DNA of 64,000 bases from Cyanophora paradoxa CCMP329. Taxonomy: Eukaryota; Plantae; Glaucophyta. Position numbers and translations under genes: made by a program. The notes beneath the pieces were generated by a model that was not told where the DNA came from, made no database searches, and worked only from the letters and a program-made list of their open reading frames with translations. This document shows positions 59,301 to 64,000 of the stretch, piece by piece; position 1 is the first letter of the stretch, and each line of letters opens with the position of its first letter. Location of the stretch: assembly GCA_004431415.1 (NCBI GenBank), contig QPMI01000249.1, positions 1 through 64,000 of the forward strand, read 5' to 3'.

Positions 59301-61481
59301 AGATCTAGAGGCCCAGGGGGCCGGGGCCGGGGCGCACGAGGGGCATGTCCTCGAGGAGGGTGAGGAGGAGCAGCAGCTCGGCCTCCGAGAGGCGCCGGAA
59401 GGCGGCGGCGCCCTCCCCGGAGCCCCCGGCCGCCAGCGCCGCCCCCGCCTCCCCCGAGGCCGGCTCCGGCGCGCTCAGCTTGAACCGCTCCGAGAGCACC
59501 TGGCGCCATGGTGTTGGAATAAATACTTCCAAACAGAATAATAAATGCCACCGCAGCGGGGGCGGGGCGCATGGGCATGGGCACCCGCTCGAGGGCGGCG
59601 CGGTCGGCGCCGAAGTTGGAGACGAAGAGGAGGAGGGCGCGGTGGAGGCGGCGCGAGTGGAAGCGGCGGCGGGAGCCGTCCCCGCGGCGCAGGCGCGGCG
59701 CCGCGTCCACGAACGCATCCACGTGCACCTGCGCATGCGCGCCCCGCTCAACAGGATTCGAAAGAGCTCAAATAGAGTAAGAGACTCAGGCCCAGATGAA
59801 TTCGGGGCGCGCGCGCCTGGACGCGGACGCCGTCGACGGCGATGTCGCGCCCCCCGAGCGCCGGGGCCGTCCCGTTGACGAGGGACCAGAGGGTCCGCCG
59901 CGGCGGCCGCGCGTACGGCACCGCCTTAAAGGCCTCTCTGCGCGCCGCCCGGGCTTAAGCTTGAGCCCATGACGAAGGTTTCAGGTCTTGTGTACGCACA
60001 GAAGGCGCCAGGCGAGCTCGCCGTGCCAGGGGACGGTCTGAATGCGCCAGACGGGAAATTCAAGCATTAATTTCAACATATGTGAATTTCCCTTTAGAAT
60101 TTCGCGTCCGGATCGCACCGAGTTGGGCGCGAGGACGACGTTGTGAAGGTGGAGGAGGCGGTCCGTCCCGGGGGCGTCCGGCAGCGCGACCGCCCCGAAG
60201 CCCTCGACCTCCACCGACGGCGGCGCCGAGCTGCGCGCGCGCCCGACGCGTTAGCGGAGTGAGCTCGAATTCGAAGTGCCTGGGGCCGCATGACCTGTTG
60301 CCGGTGAAGAGGTAGGAGGAGGACTGGACGCCGGCGCGGCTGGCGTCCTCGCGCCACGAGAACTGGAAGAGGGAGGAGGAGCGGGGCAGGGGCGCGGCGG
60401 CGGGGGCGGCCGGCACGGGCGCCGGCTTGCGCGTGCGGTTGAAGGCCTCCACGAGGGCGGCCGAGGCGGTCTCGGAGGCCGTCATCAGGAGCGAGGGTAG
60501 GTCCCGCCCCACCTGCGCACGCACCGCCCGCGCGCGGGCGACATGTAAACGAGAAGCCAATGTGCTGGTACCGGTGGACGAGGAGGCACCTGGGTCGCCT
60601 GGTGCGTCGCGTTGAGCGGAACGGTGGCGTTCGCGCTCGCGCCCGATCCCGAGGCCGCCCCGAGGAGCGAGCGCCGGGCGGGTCCGCCGTCCTCCGCATC
60701 CCCGCGGATCCGAAGGCGGCGACGCGCGGCAGAGGCGGAGCCGGATCCGGAGGCGGAGGCGGAGGCGGAGGCGGAGGCGGCCCAGGCGAGGAGCTGGGCG
60801 TCGGAGGGGCGGGGCACGCGGATGGAGGCGCCGGCGGCCTCGGGGCGCCAGCAGCCGCCGGAGACGGTGACCTCGAGGGAGGCCGGGAGCGTGTACCCGG
60901 AGAGCTGCCCCGGCGGTTCCGGTCGGGGTGATTATAAGGGGGCCGAGGGTCGGGGGCAATTCGCAAGGCCGGGGCCCGGGGTGACATGACAAGCGGACCT
61001 CGAAGCGGAGGAAGTAGGAGCCGTCGGGGACGCCCTCGATGCGGAAGGCGGCGCGCTGCGGGGAGACGCCCGGCAGGCCGCCGGCCGCCGCCGGCGCCGA
61101 GCGCAGGAACGCGTCGCTGCCCAGGGTCACCAGCAGCCGCGGCGCGTCCTCCGCCGTCACCCCCTGCGCATCCGGAGCTCTCACCGCGCAAAGTCTTACA
61201 AGAAGAAGTCTAATAGAACTGCATCTTCATGATCAGATGCATACCTCGACGACGCCGGCGACGACGCCGGCGGGGACGAAGGCGACGGCGGGGGCGCCCC
61301 GGGCGCTCGCCGAGGCCGGGACGAGGACGGGGCAGAGCGAGGGCGGCACCGAGAGCGTCACATCGAACGTGGAGAGCACGGCGGCCGCCGGGAGCGAGGC
61401 CGCTTCGGCCGGGCCCGGGGCGAGCAGCAGCTGCAGGCTGAGGCCTACGGCGAGTGCGAGAAGGAAGGTGGGCGGCCGCAT
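50384..61481 (-). CDS. Large secreted multi-exon protein resembling a bacterial zinc-metallopeptidase-like family; LTR element inside an intron
   Basis: Signal peptide MRPPTFLLALAVGLSLQLLLAPGPAEA. Exons include LLEDMP, GFHAPPGMKYILAR, HEALLFESARFMW, LTFQ|VLNLDPDTSYPGKLIGVDIK|VEGPPEGKK, RFWVNN and NPNGGTYVTIRYWARD...YHYHENYYTRFFVGDPGAW...LPAGSPGGTWALK|EINLGDKADN. Family assignment is from recalled similarity, not a search. Confidence 0.65.
51213..51495 (-). repeat. 3' LTR
   Basis: Direct repeat of 56225-56507, preceded on the minus strand by the PPT. Confidence 0.95.
51496..51510 (-). promoter_or_regulatory. Polypurine tract
   Basis: Minus strand TCCGAGAGGAGGAGT directly abuts the 3' LTR. 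Confidence 0.85.
54205..55734 (-). CDS. Gag-like protein, 509 aa, two zinc knuckles
   Basis: Intact ORF inside the LTR element, with an expanded CX2CX12HX4C (CYGC...HWANVC) and a canonical CGRCGEAGHHHSAC. Confidence 0.85.
   Translation of the reverse strand: MSNSSELISSEVRSRLSALAHIEPVHAQAGAALHVQQLAASAAADDDPVRIAFLPANPRLADGDRFRKDVRNFQSALPTKYLFGPDSAGGQEYSKSEALAGVIVGRIRPGALRAEIERKRDLYEASVALLERDRATLARLELVPANLRSAEDDANILALQQSCVRDEATIVAVRDSYLRAPGLLDTITAWIHKLRPHAACRALTEPYTGEDPRSWHDWVMPLVRHTLPPGQRLAAYYADCLRIALEARSTSKDPEYQNLEVRMAGFAKENERTMREFLAALQQRLLARDGAVSPLELDDIFIEQCTRHGCRAVFPPAPAAAQPPEAKRTRILQAKFAEDESSSSLGPAAPRDADPRAQPSISARGSSWAVQSRSPAAVAEVLRRMSELGYPEYPPSDCYGCSDDPSVPVEARRHWANVCPKRTPFAPVRPWVRRGQYYRPKQSQEDAADEQEYWSDEGKQDPDEVCGRCGEAGHHHSACSDPPTRAARPALPAPSSSAAPTARPAAERE
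56200..56224 (-). promoter_or_regulatory. Primer binding site
   Basis: Adjoins the 5' LTR; its complement GGTTCGATTCCGGCAGAATGGCGCC reads as a tRNA T-arm plus 3' end. Confidence 0.85.
56225..56507 (-). repeat. 5' LTR
   Basis: Direct repeat of 51213-51495, followed on the minus strand by the PBS. Confidence 0.95.
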
Positions 61482-62610
61482 GTATATGCGGAGCCGCCAC
61501 ACGTTTCGCCTTCGGCTTCTTGAGCTGGCCATATGCATCAGGGGCGAGCTCGAAGCCGTCAACATCTGCGTGCCAGCCTGGCAGTTCTTGCGCGGCGGCG
61601 ATATCGCTTGCTCGATCGGCTGCTCTAGATCTACGATCTGGAACTTCGGAATGGGCGCCACCTAGGCCTTAAGCTTGAGCCACTGGAAAACGCGCTGCTG
61701 TTCAACGCGCGCGCCTTCTGCTGCTTAGCCTTGCTTGCCAGCAGGCTTGCTGTGGCACATGTAAAGACCTGCGCCGCTGCGCGGCCGCCGCACTCGCTGC
61801 TGCGCTCTCTCTTGCAGGCAAGCCTGAAGTTGCAGGCTTGCAGCTGCGCATGCAGCCGGGATCCTGCGGCAATATTTAATATTTCGCCGTCAATGGCCAT
61901 CTGAGCTGTGAGACCGATGAATGTGAAAGTGTTAATTTGGTTTTTTAAAGGCGTTTATAAATGAATGCGTTTATAAAATTAAAGGCGACTTCTAATATTA
62001 ATATTTGGAGTCCGGAATTTTGGATCGACGAGTACGTGGATTTATCGGTGGATTCACGGCCCGCGGGCGCCGGCTAGCTGCGGCCCGCCGGCGCGCCGGC
62101 CTGCGGGAGGCTGCGGCCCGCGCGCCGCGGCCCGCGGGCTGCGCGGCCCAGCCGGGCGCCGCCCCCCCGCGGCCGCGTCCGCGGGCCGGGCGGCCCAGCC
62201 GAGATGGGACTACCCCCTACGGAAATTAGAAGATCATCCAAAAACTTTTATTACTATAAATTTGCAGCAGCATTACGCATACGGGCTCCGCTTTGCAGCA
62301 GCAGAAGCAGGAAGAAGGAACTTCAAGGAAGCAGCGCGCTAGTGCTGCAGGGCCGGCCCTGCAGCAGCAGCCTAGTGAAGCAGAGTCCGCAGAGAGTGCA
62401 GAATCACTGCAGAGCCGGCGGTCTGCAACTACAGCACACGCTGATCATGACCTGTGATCATGACTTCCTGTCTGGCCCCAGCGCTGACGCGGTCCTGCAC
62501 GCCATGATGACCGAGCGCAACACGGCAAACATAAAAGCGGCACGCCTACGGAATCTACGGATGCGTACGCGCCCGCGGCCGGCCGCGGTCCCTTGGCCAT
62601 ATGCATGCAT

Positions 62611-64000
62611 ATGCGTATATGGGCCCGTCTGGCCCTCTGGGCGCTCGCCCTCGCCTTGTCCATGTTCGCGGCACCGGTGTTGATGCCAATTGCAACCGCC
62701 TCCGCCCAGCCGTGCGACGGCTCTCTGGAAGTCGCCGCCGCGTCCGCCGAGAGCAGCGTGCTCTGGTGCGCTCGATAGCGCGCGCGCGCCCTTGGCCCCT
62801 GTGACCAACAGTAGCGCAAGCTGACCCCGGCCCGACCCAGGCTTCCCCCGGGCGCGACCGTGCAACTGGAGACGGGCGCCGCGGGCGCACCCGTGCGAGC
62901 TCAGTACCGGTTCGAACCGCGGCCGCGAATCGCCCGGCTTGCAATAGGAAATTCGAAGTGCTGCACTGCGGCAGCTGCAGCTGCAGCTGCACCGATCCGC
63001 GCGCCGACGTTTGCGCGCCGGCGCGGGCGCACAGGTACACGACGCTGCGCATGCTGGGCAAGTGTTACGCGGCCATCAACCAGACCGTCCTCACTGAGGC
63101 CCGCCGCGCCCGGCTCCCAAGCTTGAGCCCCGCGCGCCCCGCCGGCGTCGCCTCACGGATCAGACTGTGCGCGCAGGCGGCCTGGCTCTCTCCGATCGAC
63201 GACCCCGACCTCTTCTTCAGGAGCGAGGTCACCCTCATCAACTCGGACGGCGGCTCCGGTGTGCGGCGCCGGCGCTCAGCGGCTCGCATTTGTCTCGGCC
63301 TCGCGGGTGCATGCGCAAGCGCGCGCCGGTTGACGGGAGGGCGCTGTGCCGCGGCAGGCGGCGCCGGCGGGCAAGGGAGCGCCAACTCGAGCTCGAGCCC
63401 CGGCACGAATTCGAACTCGACGCGGGGCCAGGGCCTCCCCGTCCCGGCGTTGGACGGCTCGGCTCCGGCCCTCGAGCAGGCCCGCCGCCTCGCCGCCGCC
63501 ACCTCGGCGGTCCTCCAGGCAGGCCCCCGCCGGCGCCCCGCCCCGGCCCGGGCCCCGTGCCGCCCGCTGGAACGCCTCGCAGCTGAAGCTGGACTTGGAC
63601 TTGGCGGCGTTCAACAGCTCGGAGGGGGTGCGGGGGGAGCTGCTCTCGGCCCTCGCCGCCGCGCTGCGCGCCGCCGTCGCCCAGCTGCGCCTCCTCTCCT
63701 ACGCCCCCGGCAGCGTCCTCGCCACCGTGCGGCCCGGGCCCTCCCGAGACCGACGTCGACAGGTTGGGTTCCACATGTGACCCGCCGAGGCGGCGCGGGC
63801 CGGGGGCAGGTGGAGATCATGCACGGGAGCGCGGCCGGGCAGCGGCCGGCCGCCGAGATCCTGCGCGACCTTCAGGTGCCCGCGGCCCCGGGACCCCGGG
63901 GCTCTCCTGGCCCGCAGCCTCTTCCAACGGGTACCCCCCTCCGCAGGCCTCGCTCGCCGCCGGGAACTTCACCCTCGGCTCCCGCTTCCCCGTCCTCGCC
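62611..64000 (+). CDS. Secreted hypothetical protein, 5' part; runs off the window
   Basis: Signal-peptide-like MRIWARLALWALALALSMFAAP... followed by spliceable exons (YTTLRMLGKCYAAINQTVLTE, WLSPIDDPDLFFRSEVTLINSD, LKLDLDLAAFNSS). Confidence 0.55.

Overview
Very GC-rich, intron-dense eukaryotic nuclear DNA. A plastid-type N-terminal extension on a UhpC transporter points to an archaeplastid alga, possibly a glaucophyte (inference). The first 42 kb hold about 13 tightly packed multi-exon genes: a cyclic-nucleotide-binding K+ channel, a membrane protein, UhpC, a HIRAN-SNF2-RING protein with degenerate ATPase motifs, a membrane-anchored class I PDE, an AGTRAP-like protein, a CTL/PNS1 protein, a TraB-family protein, a coiled-coil protein, an ankyrin-RING protein, a PADR1-domain protein and two hypotheticals. 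Their short introns often use GC-AG donors with a G(T/C)NC(G/C) consensus. 42.0-48.9 kb is a rearranged DIRS-type tyrosine-recombinase retrotransposon locus: a structured 162-bp leader sits in front of both gag and RT, and there is a 1-kb fold-back. 51.2-56.5 kb is a young gag-only LTR element with identical LTRs and a 5-bp TSD; its PBS fits the tRNA-Sec register, and it carries three internal anti-PBS hairpins and three extra PPT copies. It sits in an intron of a large secreted gene resembling a bacterial zinc-peptidase-like family but lacking the zinc-binding histidines. Gene boundaries are hand-spliced and approximate; the long Pro/Arg/Gly/Ala-rich ORFs in the track are mostly GC artefacts.
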